A DNA stretch of 64,000 nt, taken from NCBI GenBank assembly GCA_002269645.1, contig NIVC01000327.1:248001-312000 (forward strand), written 5' to 3'. The notes under the pieces are model-generated. The model made no database searches, had not been told where the DNA came from, and saw only the letters and a list, made by a program, of their open reading frames with translations. A program made the position numbers and the translations under genes. Positions 37,078 to 50,400 of the stretch are shown one piece after another. How positions within the stretch are numbered: position 1 is the stretch's first letter; each line of letters opens with the position of its first letter. This stretch comes from Macrostomum lignano. Lineage: Eukaryota.

Positions 37078-40000
37078 GCTGCGGTGCATGCCCTGTAGAA
37101 CCTTCAACTACACCAAAGCAGCAAAGCGAAATACGCAATGTCGAGATTGCCACAACACCGAGTCGAGGCACACAGGCTCTGAGTCCAAATCCAGCTGTAG
37201 CAGCTACGGCTGCAACTACACTTCCATGGCCCGAAGTGTACTCGCTTCCACGAATGGACGATCTCGCCAACGCCCTTCGTGATCTACGAATGCACCCCGA
37301 AAAGGGTTCCGATTTAAAAATGAACGCGACGTTTGTCAACAAGTTCCTTAAATTCATCGTCGATCACATCTGTTTGAACTATCTGTCGCCAAATGAACCA
37401 TACCTGTCATCTAGCCAGATAACAGATGTGTGCACTTCCATAGTAACTTCGTATCCTGGACTGAAGGACACCTCATTAAGTGGGAGCTCAAGCTTTTGGC
37501 GCCAAAAGCTTATTCGGCGTTTCAAAGAGCTCCGGTTCGTTGGCGACTTTGTCGACAAGAGCAGCCCAACGGTTCAGGAGATGCGACGGAAGCATGGTCG
37601 ACTTGGTCATCGGCGTATAATTCTACCAAATGCTGCTGCAGCTGCTGCAGGCCCAAGTGCGGTTACTGTGAGCCAAAGGCATAAACGGCAGTACAAGGAA
37701 GTTGAAGGCCAGGAAGATGATGACGACAATGAAATTATAGCTTCACGTGCTAAAAGAGCCAACAAGCAGCGTATCAACGACGACGAAGATCTGATCGAAG
37801 AAGAAGGCGATGATGATAGTGATGCAGACGATGCTGGCAGTGCAATGGCGAAGAGCGTTGACTTCGGCGAGTTCGATACCGATGTACCACCGTCACACGA
37901 AGCTCGTCGAACGAGATTGAACGAGACTCATCATGACTCTTCAATATCAGACGTTCTCAACGAAATGCAGGCTCTGTTTCCGATTCGAATATTGCGGTGC
38001 CAAGATTTGACGGTTAGTGACGAAATTGCCTTATATGCGCCACTGGTAAACATCGCAGTACTGCAGCAGGAGGCGTATCTCATGATCCAGACATACAACA
38101 GAAGCAAAACTGACTATGTACTTCCACCAAGTCCATCGGAAATGAGAAGCAGGATTATTAACGCCTTGTTGCTTGTGTACAGTAAAAGGCAGTTGCTAAA
38201 AAATTTCAAGCTGTGCAAGGATTATGTGGAATTGCCAGTTGTTTCAGAGGAGGACAAGCTGCCTGTGGCTGTCTTTCTTCTTCTCGGTCGGTTGCGAGTC
38301 GACCCGTCTATTATTCTTCGCGACGCACTGCCAGTCAGAATTCTGACAGAGGATGGAAAATGGTGCGGCGTTTTCGTCAACGGTGCGAGCATCCCATTCG
38401 ACAGTGTTACTGACTCGATAATTGCATTTGTAATTGTCTTCATCGCGTTCAACCTCCAGCACCTCCCTGCCCTAGAGGCGTTTCTGGAGGTAATCGAAGT
38501 GCTGTCGGGCCTTCGCAAGAAAGCCGTCCGCAAGGCTGCAGTAGCTATTTTGGATGCACTTCGTTAGATGATTTTATAACGCCTAGACATGACTATTGTA
38601 ATCATTTTCATTTTTATAATAATTATATTCATTTTCATGTTAGTACGATTGAATATGACTGTGAATTAATCGTAATCACAAGCCTAATCACAATCACAAT
38701 ATTTATTTTCATATTCACAATCATAATCATAGAGTGTTATCTGTCATCAGAGGGTCACGGCGATGTTGGCTGCTTATTTATTGCCCTGTGTATTTAGTTT
38801 GTGCTTTTTAGTCTGTATATTCAACTTCACTCTTTGAGTGACCAAAGCAAACACTTATTCGCAATGTGTAATGTGCAACAAATAATTACTAAATATTATT
38901 ATTACCACTGTTTTTGTACTACAACAATAAATATTTTAGGATCAATCTTTATATACCATAAAAAATACTTTAAATTGGTTAACATCCTTCATAAACATGC
39001 AATTGTTGATTACGAATGCTTCACTTCTTACTTTTCTTAAATTGAGCAATGACTGACAACATTGTATGCCTCACATAATGTAATTGGGAACAATTTTACA
39101 GGTAAGGAAATTCATAAAATTCATACCTATAATAGTGGGTATTTTGTGTCTTGCAGATCAAGTGAATACATTTTGGGGTGTAATCGTTTTTATATTTCGG
39201 ACCCATAATGCGGACATCTGAAAAATATGGACTTTGCAATAGGGACCTTTCAAAATACGGACCTTTCAAAATACGGACCTTGCAATACGGACTTTACAAT
39301 ACGGACCCATCAAAATACGGACCTTTCATGGTCCGTTATTTCGACGCTCCGGACCCTCCACAATGGACCTTTCCCGGACCCTTCTTCGGACCTTTAGGAA
39401 TTACAGTGTGGGTCAGACTCAGCTCATTCTGAATGCATGATGGACTCACGTGCTGGGACACACAGAGACAGTTAGAGAAGGGATCGGCCTGTTTGATGAA
39501 GAGGTTATAGCGGCTCTCAAGTCCACTCTTTCTGTGATTGAGTGAAAATGCTGAGCTGGGTCAGACTCAGCTCATTCTGAATGCATGATGGACTCACGTG
39601 CTGGGACACACAGAGACAGTTAGAGAAGGAATAGGCCTGTTTGATGAAGAGGTTATAGCGGCTCTCAAGTCCTCTCTTTCTGTGATTGAGTGAAAATGCT
39701 GAGCTGGGTCAGACTCAGCTCATTCTGAATGCATGATGGACTCACGTGCTGGGACACACAGAGACAGTTAGAGAAGGAATCGGCCTGTTTGATGAAGAGA
39801 TTATAGCGGCTCTCAAGTCCTCTCTTTCTGTGTTTGAGTGAAAATGCTGAGCTGGGTCAGACTCAGCTCATTCTGAATGCATGATGGACTCACGTGCTGG
39901 GACACACAGAGACAGTTAGAGAAGGGATCGGCCTGTTTGATGAAGAGGTTATAGCGGCTCTCAAGTCCTCTCTTTCTGTGATTGAGTGAAAATGCTGAGC

Positions 40001-42374
40001 TGGGTCAGACTCAGCTCATTCTGAATGCATTATGGACTCACGTGCTGGGACACACAGAGACAGTTAGAGAAGGAATAGGCCTGTTTGATGAAGAGGTTAT
40101 AGCGGCTCTCAAGTCCTCTCTTTCTGTGATTGAGTGAAAATGCTGAGCTGGGTCAGACTCAGCTCATTCTGAATGCATGATGGACTCACGTGCTGGGACA
40201 CACAGAGACAGTTAGAGAAGGGATCGGCCTGTTTGATGAAGAGGTTATAGCGGCTCTCAAGTCCTCTCTTTCTGTGATTGAGTGAAAATGCTGAGCTGGG
40301 TCAGACTCAGCTCATTCTGAATGCATGATGGACTCACGTGCTGGGACACACAGAGACAGTTAGAGAAGGAATAGGCCTGTTTGATGAAGAGGTTATAGCG
40401 GCTCTCAAGTCCTCTCTTTCTGTGTTTGAGTGAAAATGCTGAGCTGGGTCAGACTCAGCTCATTCTGAATGCATGATGGACTCACGTGCTGGGACACACA
40501 GAGACAGTTAGAGAAGGAATCGGCCTGTTTGATGAAGAGATTATAGCGGCTCTCAAGTCCTCTCTTTCTGTGTTTGAGTGAAAATGCTGAGCTGGGTCAG
40601 ACTCAGCTCATTCTGAATGCATGATGGACTCACGTGCTGGGACACACAGAGACAGTTAGAGAAGGGATCGGCCTGTTTGATGAAGAGGTTATAGCGGCTC
40701 TCAAGTCCTCTCTTTCTGTGATTGAGTGAAAATGCTGAGCTGGGTCAGACTCAGCTCATTATGAATGCATGATGGACTCACGTGCATGCTGGGACACACA
40801 GAGACAGTTAGAGAAGGAATCGGCCTGTTTGATGAAGAGGTTATAGCGGCTCTCAAGTCCTCTCTTTCTGTGTTTGAGTGAAAATGCTGAGCTGGGTCAG
40901 ACTCAGCTCATTCTGAATGCATTATGGACTCACGTGCTGGGACACACAGAGACAGTTAGAGAAGGAATCGGCCTGTTTGATGAAGAGGTTATAGCGGCTC
41001 TCAAGTCCTCTCTTTCTGTGTTTGAGTGAAAATGCTGAGCTGGGTCAGACTCAGCTCATTCTGAATGCATGATGGACTCACGTGCTGGGACACACAAAGA
41101 CAGTTAGAGAAGGAATCGGCCTGTTTGATGAAGAGGTTATAGCGGCTCTCAAGTCCTCTCTTTCTGTGTTTGAGTGAAAATGCTGAGCTGGGTCAGACTC
41201 AGCTCATTCTGAATGCATGATGGACTCACGTGCTGGGACACACAGAGACAGTTAGAGAAGGGATCGGCCTGTTTGATGAAGAGGTTATAGCGGCTCTCAA
41301 GTCCTCTCTTTCTGTGTTTGAGTGAAAATGCTGAGCTGGGTCAGACTCAGCTCATTCTGAATGCATTATGGACTCACGTGCTGGGACACACAGAGACAGT
41401 TAGAGAAGGGATCGGCCTGTTTGATGAAGAGATTATAGCGGCTCTCAAGTCCTCTCTTTCTGTGATTGAGTGAAAATGCTGAGCTGGGTCAGACTCAGCT
41501 CATTCTGAATGCATTATGGACTCACGTGCTGGGACACACAGAGACAGTTAGAGAAGGGATCGGCCTGTTTGATGAAGAGATTATAGCGGCTCTCAAGTCC
41601 TCTCTTTCTGTGATTGAGTGAAAATGCTGAGCTGGGTCAGACTCAGCTCATTCTGAATACATGATGGACTCACGTGCTGGGACACACAGAGACAGTTAGA
41701 GAAGGAATCGGCCTGTTTGATTTCTTCGGCTATAGCTTTGTGTCTTTTTGTGTCTAGGGCCTAGTCAAATGACTGAAGGCTTAGTTTTGGTTTTATCTAC
41801 AAACGATATTTTTAAAAAGAGTATAATATGCTCCAAAATTGGTAGTGGGCCAACAAACGACAGGGGAACATCTCGGCGGGGCTTTTCGCATTTTTACGTA
41901 GACCGATGTCAGAGTCATTTTAGTTTGTCATGGGCAACTCTGTTTCTATTTAGACCCTTGCCATACGCCGTACACCATCAACATTTGAGCCAAATTGAGC
42001 CGAGTTGTCTAGGTGCGAAAAATTGGTTGGGCAGACTGTTTACGATAAGGGCTGTCTATTAGTCCAGTTTTACAGCGAACAGAAATGAAAATTCGCAAGT
42101 CCGTAGGAAGGATTCGGTTCAAATTTAAGCACGATTTTTCCTACCAAACAGTCAATCGTATTGTGCAGAATCCATGGGCCATACTCTTATAGGGGTAATA
42201 TGCAAATTGATCTGCATATCCTTATCTTTCTGTTAACTCTTGACTGTTGCGCAAACTTCGGTTCGTTTTCGCACTTTGAATCGACTCATGCACGTTCTAA
42301 GCATGCTAGCTAGACCAAACGAAATGTCAGAAACTTAATCTCGTATGGAAGCTCCTAGAAGTATGTATGGAAGA

Positions 42375-43070
42375 TGGAGAGGAAGGGGCGATGGAGAAGA
42401 AGGGGCGGATAGAGAAGAAGGGGCGGATAGAGAGGAAGGGGCGGATGGAGAGGAAGGGGCGGATGGAGAGGAAGGGGCGGATGGAGAGGAAGGGGTGGAT
42501 GGAGAGGAAGGGGTGGATGGAGAGGAAGGGGCGAATGGAGAGGAAGGGGCGGATGGAGAGGAAGGGGCGGATGGAGAGGAAGGGGCGGATGGAGAGGAAG
42601 GGGCGGATGGAGAGGAAGGGGCGGATGGAGAGGAAGGGGCGGATGGAGAGGAAGGGCGGATGGAGAGGAAGGGGCGGATGGAGAGGAAGGGGCGGATGGA
42701 GAGGAAGGGGCGGATGGAGAGGAAGGGGCGGATGGAGAGGAAGGGGCGGATGGAGAGGAAGGGGCGGATGGAGAGGAAGGGGCGGATGAAGAGGAAGGGG
42801 CGGATGGAGAGGAAGGGGCGGATGGAGAGGAAGGGGCGGATGGAGAGGAAGGGGCGGATGGAGAGGAAGGGGCGGATGGAGAGGAAGGGGCGGATGGAGA
42901 GGAAGGGGCGGATGGAGAGGAAGGGGCGGATGGAGAGGAAGGGGCGGATGAAGAGGAAGGGGCGGATGGAGAGGAAGGGCGGATGGAGAGGAAGGGGCGG
43001 ATGGAGAGGAAGGGGCGGATGGAGAGGAAGGGGCGGATGGAGGGAAGGGGCGGATGGAGAGGATAGTGGA
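42375..43070. repeat. 18-bp purine-rich minisatellite (GGAGAGGAAGGGGCGGAT)n
   Basis: About 38 copies; 6-aa periodicity in the ORF track. Confidence 0.96.
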
Positions 43071-44028
43071 TAGGGAGAAAGGATCCGCTGTCTCTCCTAG
43101 TCTCAGTGTCTATCTATATGTAGCTATTCTGCACCTTCAGATTTACGCATCAAAATCCTTTGGCTGATCTAATATTTGGATCCAGAAAACTTTGAAAGGT
43201 GAGTGGGCGCATAATGAATGGTGCAGTTGGCAAAGGAAGTGAAGAGAGAGAAAGAAAGAGAAAGGAAAAAGATATAGTGAGATAGATGTGCCCAGAGTGA
43301 GAGATGGATAATGCCATTCCATATAGATCAGCATGTTCGTGCATCTAAAGTTAAAAACTGAACGAAGAGGAAAAATAGGTCTTAAAAGAAAAGAACTTTA
43401 GGAACTTTTCTCGCGTTGTCATTGGTTAGCCTAGTTTATTGCTCAGCCATGAGGATTGGCTGTTCCTGGCTGCTTTTTTGGCGCAACCAATTAGCTATCA
43501 TGAAATGTGTTCCCATAGGTCTTGAACCTTTGGCATTGGATCCAACGTCTCTTCCTGCGTTTCGCGATATATACAAGCTACATAAAATTTAAGACTGATT
43601 GCCCTTAATTACTTTAAACTTTCATTTTCAAAGCTCTTCAATAGCATCTGACATCTGCAACATCGTTTGGAGATCGTACAACCGGATATCTGCATCTTTC
43701 GTGAAACTTTTAAAATATTTTTTCTAATTATTGGCTTTTTATTCATATAGGCTTAGTCCAGGTCAATTAACTTAATATCTCATTAGGTCTAACTTAGTTT
43801 TATTAGCTAATAAACTCAAATAGCAATTTAGGGTCTTATAAGTCTAGTGATATTGTAGTGATCAAATCCATAATTCTAGCTGTGCTTCTAGCTGTTCTAG
43901 CTATTACTGTGTAGACTAGCGTATATACTTCGTATATAAACTAAATTTAGTCGAAGACTAGGCCGTATAGGTTTGTTTAGTAGTTCTTTAAGTTTTTTTA
44001 CAAGGTCTAAATTAATAGAGAGACAGGT

Positions 44029-44388
44029 ATGGCAGCAATTAGAAGCAAGAAGGAGAGAGTCCAAGCCGCAGTGGACAGTGTAATTGAAAGAATTCGCACT
44101 GGCAAAGAGTGCAATTATCGAAAAATTGCTCAAGAATTTTCCGTACCTACCACCACCGTTTATGACAGAGCTCGCAGGCTGATGAACGGGCTGAAGGTGA
44201 CGGAAAAAAATACTGCCAAGCGGTATTTGACGCAGGCCGAGGAGCGAGTCTTCTGTGATGCAATCAAGCAGGCCGCTCGACAACAGGTCCCCATCACGAG
44301 GAAGAAGCTGCTCGAAATGGCAAGTGAGACTGTCCGCAACATCGGCGTTTCGAATGAGGAGCGCTGCGGTTTGCGTGACGCAACCAAG
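44029..44388 (+). CDS. pogo-family transposase exon 1 (psq-type HTH and first part of CENP-B/Tc5 HTH)
   Basis: NYRKIAQEFSVPTTTVYDR and YLTQAEERVFCDAI...PITRKKLLEMA motifs; phase-0 donor AAG|GTAGGC (44389). Confidence 0.85.
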
Positions 44389-44470
44389 GTAGGCCAAATT
44401 TTAAAATAATAAGAAGCCTGCTTGGACTCAAACATATTTAACTGTTAATTCTCTATCAATCGCATGTCTA

Positions 44471-47400
44471 TCTCTGAATCAGCACCTGTCTATCACCTCT
44501 CTATCAGCCGCCCGTCTGTCTCCTCTCTATCAGCCGCCCGTCTGTCTCCTCTCTATCAGCCGCCCGTCTGTCTCCTCTCTATCAGCCGCCCGTCTGTCTC
44601 CTCTCTATCAGCCCCCGTCTGTCTCCTCTCTATCAGCCGCCCGTCTGTCTCCTCTCTATCAGCTGCCCGTCTGTCTCCTCTCTATCAGCCGCCCGTCTGT
44701 CTCCTCTCTATCAGCCGCCCGTCTGTCTCCTCTCTATCAGCCGCCCGTCTGTCTCCTCTCTATCAGCCGCCCGTCTGTCTCCTCTCTATCAGCCGCCCGT
44801 CTGTCTCCTCTCTATCAGCCGCCCGTCTGTCTCCTCTCTATCAGCCGCCCGTCTGTCTCCTCTCTATCAGCCGCCCGTCTGTCTCCTCTCTATCAGCCGC
44901 CCGTCTGTCTCCTCTCTATCAGCCGCCCGTTAATCTCTGAATCAGCACCTGTCTATCACCTCTCTATCAGCCGCCCGTCTGTCTCCTCTCTATCAGCCGC
45001 CCGTCTGTCTCCTCTCTATCAGCCGCCCATCTGTCTCCTCTCTATCAGCCGCCCGTCTGTCTCCTCTCTATCCGCCGCCCGTCTGTCTCCTCTCTATCCG
45101 CCGCCCGTCTGTCTCCTCTCTATCAGCCGCCCGTCTGTCTCCTCTCTATCAGCACCTGTCTATCACCTCTCTATCAGCCGCCCGTCTGTCTCCTCTCTAT
45201 CAGCCGCCCGTCTGTCTCCTCTCTATCAGCCGCCCGTCTGTCTCCTCTCTATCAGCCGCCCGTCTGTCTGCTCTCTATCAGCCGCCCGTCTGTCTCCTCT
45301 CTATCAGCCGCCCGTCTGTCTCCTCTCTATCAGCCGCCCGTCTGTCACCTCTCTATCAGCCGCCCGTCTGTCTCCTCTCTATCAGCCGCCCGTCTGTCTC
45401 CTCTCTATCAGCCGCCCGTCTGTCTCCTCTCTATCCGCCGCCCGTCTGTCTCCTCTCTATCCGCCGCCCGTCTGTCTCCTCTCTATCAGCCGCCGGCGTC
45501 TGTCTCCTCTCTATCAGCCGCCCGTCTGTCTCCTCTCTATCAGCCGCCCGTCTGTCTCCTCTCTATCAGCCGCCCGTCTGTCTCCTCTCTATCAGCCGCC
45601 CGTCTGTCTCCTCTCTATCAGCCGCCCGTCTGTCTGCTCTCTATCAGCCGCCCGTCTGTCTCCTCTCTATCAGCCGCCCGTCTGTCTCCTCTCTATCAGC
45701 CGCCCGTCTGTCTCCTCTCTATCAGCCGCCCGTCTGTCTCCTCTCTATCCGCCGCCCGTCTGTCTCCTCTCTATCCGCCGCCCGTCTGTCTCCTCTCTAT
45801 CAGCCGCCGGCGCCCGTCTGTCTCCTCTCTATCAGCCGCCCGTCTGTCTCCTCTCTATCAGCCGCCCGTCTGTCTCCTCTCTATCAGCCGCCCGTCTGTC
45901 TCCTCTCTATCAGCCGCCCGTCTGTCTCCTCTCTATCAGCCGCCCGTCTGTCTCCTCTCTATCAGCCGCCCGTCGTCTCCTCTCTATCAGCCGCCCGTTA
46001 ATCTCTGAATCAGCACCTGTCTATCACCTCTCTATCAGCCGCCCGTCTGTCTCCTCTCTATCAGCCGCCCGTCTGTCTCCTCTCTATCAGCCGCCCATCT
46101 GTCTCCTCTCTATCAGCCGCCCGTCTGTCTCCTCTCTATCCGCCGCCCGTCTGTCTCCTCTCTATCCGCCGCCCGTCTGTCTCCTCTCTATCAGCCGCCC
46201 GTCTGTCTCCTCTCTATCAGCACCTGTCTATCACCTCTCTATCAGCCGCCCGTCTGTCTCCTCTCTATCAGCCGCCCGTCTGTCTCCTCTCTATCAGCCG
46301 CCCGTCTGTCTCCTCTCTATCAGCCGCCCGTCTGTCTGCTCTCTATCAGCCGCCCGTCTGTCTCCTCTCTATCAGCCGCCCGTCTGTCTCCTCTCTATCA
46401 GCCGCCCGTCTGTCACCTCTCTATCAGCCGCCCGTCTGTCTCCTCTCTATCAGCCGCCCGTCTGTCTCCTCTCTATCAGCCGCCCGTCTGTCTCCTCTCT
46501 ATCCGCCGCCCGTCTGTCTCCTCTCTATCCGCCGCCCGTCTGTCTCCTCTCTATCAGCCGCCGGCGCCCGTCTGTCTCCTCTCTATCAGCCGCCCGTCTG
46601 TCTCCTCTCTATCAGCCGCCCGTCTGTCTCCTCTCTATCAGCCGCCCGTCTGTCTCCTCTCTATCAGCCGCCCGTCTGTCTCCTCTCTATCAGCCGCCCG
46701 TCTGTCTGTTCTCTATCAGCCGCCCGTCTGTCTCCTCTCTATCAGCCGCCCGTCTGTCTCCTCTCTATCAGCCGCCCGTCTGTCTCCTCTCTATCAGCCG
46801 CCCGTCTGTCTCCTCTCTATCAGCCGCCCGTCTGTCTCCTCTCTATCAGCCGCCCGTCTGTCTCCTCTCTATCAGCCGCCCGTTAATCTCTGAATCAGCA
46901 CCTGTCTATCACCTCTCTATCAGCCGCCCGTCTGTCTCCTCTCTATCAGCCGCCCGTCTGTCTCCTCTCTATCAGCCGCCCGTCTGTCTCCTCTCTATCA
47001 GCCGCCCGTCTGTCTCCTCTCTATCAGCCGCCCGTCTGTCTCCTCTCTATCAGCCGCCCGTCTGTCTCCTCTCTATCAGCCGCCCGTTAATCTCTGAATC
47101 AGCACCTGTCTATCACCTCTCTATCAGCCGCCCGTCTGTCTCCTCTCTATCAGCCGCCCGTCTGTCTCCTCTCTATCAGCCGCCCGTCTGTCTCCTCTCT
47201 ATCCGCCGCCCGTCTGTCTCCTCTCTATCCGCCGCCCGTCTGTCTCCTCTCTATCAGCCGCCGGCGCCCGTCTGTCTCCTCTCTATCAGCCGCCCGTCTG
47301 TCTCCTCTCTATCAGCCGCCCGTCTGTCTCCTCTCTATCAGCCGCCCGTCTGTCTCCTCTCTATCAGCCGCCCGTCTGTCTCCTCTCTATCAGCCGCCCG

Positions 47401-50400
47401 TCTGTCTCCTCTCTATCAGCCGCCCGTCCGTCTCCTCTCTATCAGCCGCCCGTTAATCTCTGAATCAGCACCTGTCTATCACCTCTCTATCAGCCGCCCG
47501 TCTGTCTCCTCTCTATCAGCCGCCCGTCTGTCTCCTCTCTATCAGCCGCCCATCTGTCTCCTCTCTATCAGCCGCCCGTCTGTCTCCTCTCTATCCGCCG
47601 CCCGTCTGTCTCCTCTCTATCCGCCGCCCGTCTGTCTCCTCTCTATCAGCCGCCCGTCTGTCTCCTCTCTATCAGCACCTGTCTATCACCTCTCTATCAG
47701 CCGCCCGTCTGTCTCCTCTCTATCAGCCGCCCGTCTGTCTCCTCTCTATCAGCCGCCCGTCTGTCTGCTCTCTATCAGCCGCCCGTCTGTCTCCTCTCTA
47801 TCAGCCGCCCGTCTGTCTCCTCTCTATCAGCCGCCCGTCTGTCACCTCTCTATCAGCCGCCCGTCTGTCTCCTCTCTATCAGCCGCCCGTCTGTCTCCTC
47901 TCTATCAGCCGCCCGTCTGTCTCCTCTCTATCGCCGCCCGTCTGTCTCCTCTCTATCCGCCGCCCGTCTGTCTCCTCTCTATCAGCCGCCCGTCTGTCTC
48001 CTCTCTATCAGCCGCCCGTCTGTCTCCTCTCTATCAGCCGCCCGTCTGTCTCCTCTCTATCAGCCGCCCGTCTGTCTCCTCTCTATCAGCCGCCCGTCTG
48101 TCTCCTCTCTATCAGCCGCCCGTCTGTCTGCTCTCTATCAGCCGCCCGTCTGTCTCCTCTCTATCAGCCGCCCGTCTGTCTCCTCTCTATCAGCCGCCCG
48201 TCTGTCTCCTCTCTATCAGCCGCCCGTCTGTCTCCTCTCTATCAGCCGCCCGTCTGTCTCCTCTCTATCAGCCGCCCGTCTGTCTCCTCTCTATCAGCCG
48301 CCCGTCTGTCTCCTCTCTATCAGCCGCCCGTTAATCTCTGAATCAGCACCTGTCTATCACCTCTCTATCAGCCGCCCGTCTGTCTCCTCTCTATCAGCCG
48401 CCCGTCTGTCTCCTCTCTATCAGCCGCCCGTCTGTCTCCTCTCTATCAGCCGCCCGTCTGTCTCCTCTCTATCAGCCGCCCGTCTGTCTCCTCTCTATCA
48501 GCCGCCCGTCTGTCTCCTCTCTATCAGCCGCCCGTTAATCTCTGAATCAGCACCTGTCTATCACCTCTCTATCAGCCGCCCGTCTGTCTCCTCTCTATCA
48601 GCCGCCCGTCTGTCTCCTCTCTATCAGCCGCCCGTCTGTCTCCTCTCTATCCGCCGCCCGTCTGTCTTCTCTCTATCAGCCGCCCGTCTGTCTCCTCTCT
48701 ATCAGCCGCCCGTCTGTCTCCTCTCTATCGCCGCCCGTCTGTCTCCTCTCTATCAGCCGCCCGTCTGTCTCCTCTCTATCAGCCGCCCGTCTGTCTCCTC
48801 TCTATCAGCCGCCCGTCTGTCTCCTCTCTATCAGCCGCCCGTCTGTCTCCTCTCTATCAGCCGCCCGTCTGTCTCCTCTCTATCAGCCGCCCGTCTGTCT
48901 CCTCTCTATCAGCCGCCCGTCTGTCTCCTCTCTATCAGCCGCCCGTCTGTCACCTCTCTATCAGCCGCCCGTCTGTCTCCTCTCTATCAGCCGCCCGTCT
49001 GTCTCCTCTCTATCAGCACCTGTCTATCACCTCTCTATCAGCCGCCCGTCTGTCTCCTCTCTATCAGCCGCCCGTCTGTCTCCTCTCTATCAGCCGCCCG
49101 TCTGTCTCCTCTCTATCAGCCGCCCGTCTGTCTCCTCTCTATCAGCCGCCCGTCTGTCTCCTCTCTATCAGCCGCCCGTCTGTCTCCTCTCTATCAGCCG
49201 CCCGTTAATCTCTGAATCAGCACCTGTCTATCACCTCTCTATCAGCCGCCCGTCTGTCTCCTCTCTATCAGCCGCCCGTCTGTCTCCTCTCTATCAGCCG
49301 CCCGTCTGTCTCCTCTCTATCCGCCGCCCGTCTGTCTCCTCTCTATCCGCCGCCCGTATGTCTCCTCTCTATCAGCCGCCCGTCTGTCTCCTCTCTATCA
49401 GCCGCCCGTCTGTCTCCTCTCTATCAGCCGCCCGTTAATCTCTGAATCAGCACCTGTCTATCACCTCTCTATCAGCCGCCCGTCTGTCTCCTCTCTATCA
49501 GCCGCCGGCGCCCGTCTGTCTCCTCTCTATCAGCCGCCCGTCTGTCTCCTCTCTATCAGCCGCCGCGCCGTCTGTCTCCTCTCTATCAGCCGCCCGTCTG
49601 TCTCCTCTCTATCAGCCGCCCGTCTGTCTCCTCTCTATCAGCCGCCCGTCTGTCTCCTCTCTATCAGCCGCCCGTCTGTCTCCTCTCTATCAGCCGCCCG
49701 TCTGTCTGTTCTCTATCAGCCGCCCGTCTGTCTCCTCTCTATCAGCCGCCCGTCTGTCTCCTCTCTATCAGCCGCCCGTCTGTCTCCTCTCTATCAGCCG
49801 CCCGTCTGTCTCCTCTCTATCAGCCGCCCGTCTGTCTCCTCTCTATCAGCCGCCCGTCTGTCTCCTCTCTATCAGCCGCCCGTTAATCTCTGAATCAGCA
49901 CCTGTCTATCACCTCTCTATCAGCCGCCCGTCTGTCTCCTCTCTATCAGCCGCCCGTCTGTCTCCTCTCTATCAGCCGCCCGTCTGTCTCCTCTCTATCA
50001 GCCGCCCGTCTGTCTCCTCTCTATCAGCCGCCCGTCTGTCTCCTCTCTATCAGCCGCCCGTCTGTCTCCTCTCTATCAGCCGCCCGTCTGTCTCCTCTCT
50101 ATCAGCCGCCCGTTAATCTCTGAATCAGCACCTGTCTATCACCTCTCTATCAGCCGCCCGTCTGTCTCCTCTCTATCAGCCGCCCGTCTGTCTCCTCTCT
50201 ATCAGCCGCCCGTCTGTCTCCTCTCTATCCGCCGCCCGTCTGTCTCCTCTCTATCCGCCGCCCGTCTGTCTCCTCTCTATCAGCCGCCGGCGCCCGTCTG
50301 TCTCCTCTCTATCAGCCGCCCGTCTGTCTCCTCTCTATCAGCCGCCCGTCTGTCTCCTCTCTATCAGCCGCCCGTCTGTCTCCTCTCTATCAGCCGCCCG

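Larger units (their letters stand above)
36230..38567 (+). pseudogene. CACTA accessory gene (CIDE-N-like N-terminus) interrupted by a MITE; join(36230-36466, 37086-38567) gives 572 aa, start codon not located
   Basis: Removing the MITE and one TSD copy restores the frame (LPSCG-ACPVEPS). Also has a WPEVYSLP motif and C-terminal IIAFVIVFIAFNLQH..FLEVIE, a pattern I recall from animal EnSpm accessory ORFs. Confidence 0.72.
32177..39408 (+). mobile_element. Second CACTA/CMC element (CACTG termini), 7232 bp
   Basis: TIR CACTGTAA(A/T)TC, 2-bp TSD TG (32175-6 and 39409-10), dense GGTCC/GGACC subterminal repeats at both ends. Confidence 0.93.
24007..41721. repeat. 148-bp satellite (~26 copies in total) in three segments: 24007-25024, 31683-32176 and 39409-41721
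   Basis: GAGTGAAAATGCTGAGC recurs at 24018, 24166, 24314 and onward; the monomer register is preserved across both inserted elements. Confidence 0.97.

Noticed and set aside
42345-43073. Collagen-like or acidic GEEGAD / MERKGR ORFs
   Set aside because: 18-bp repeat translation with a frame switch at a 17-bp unit.
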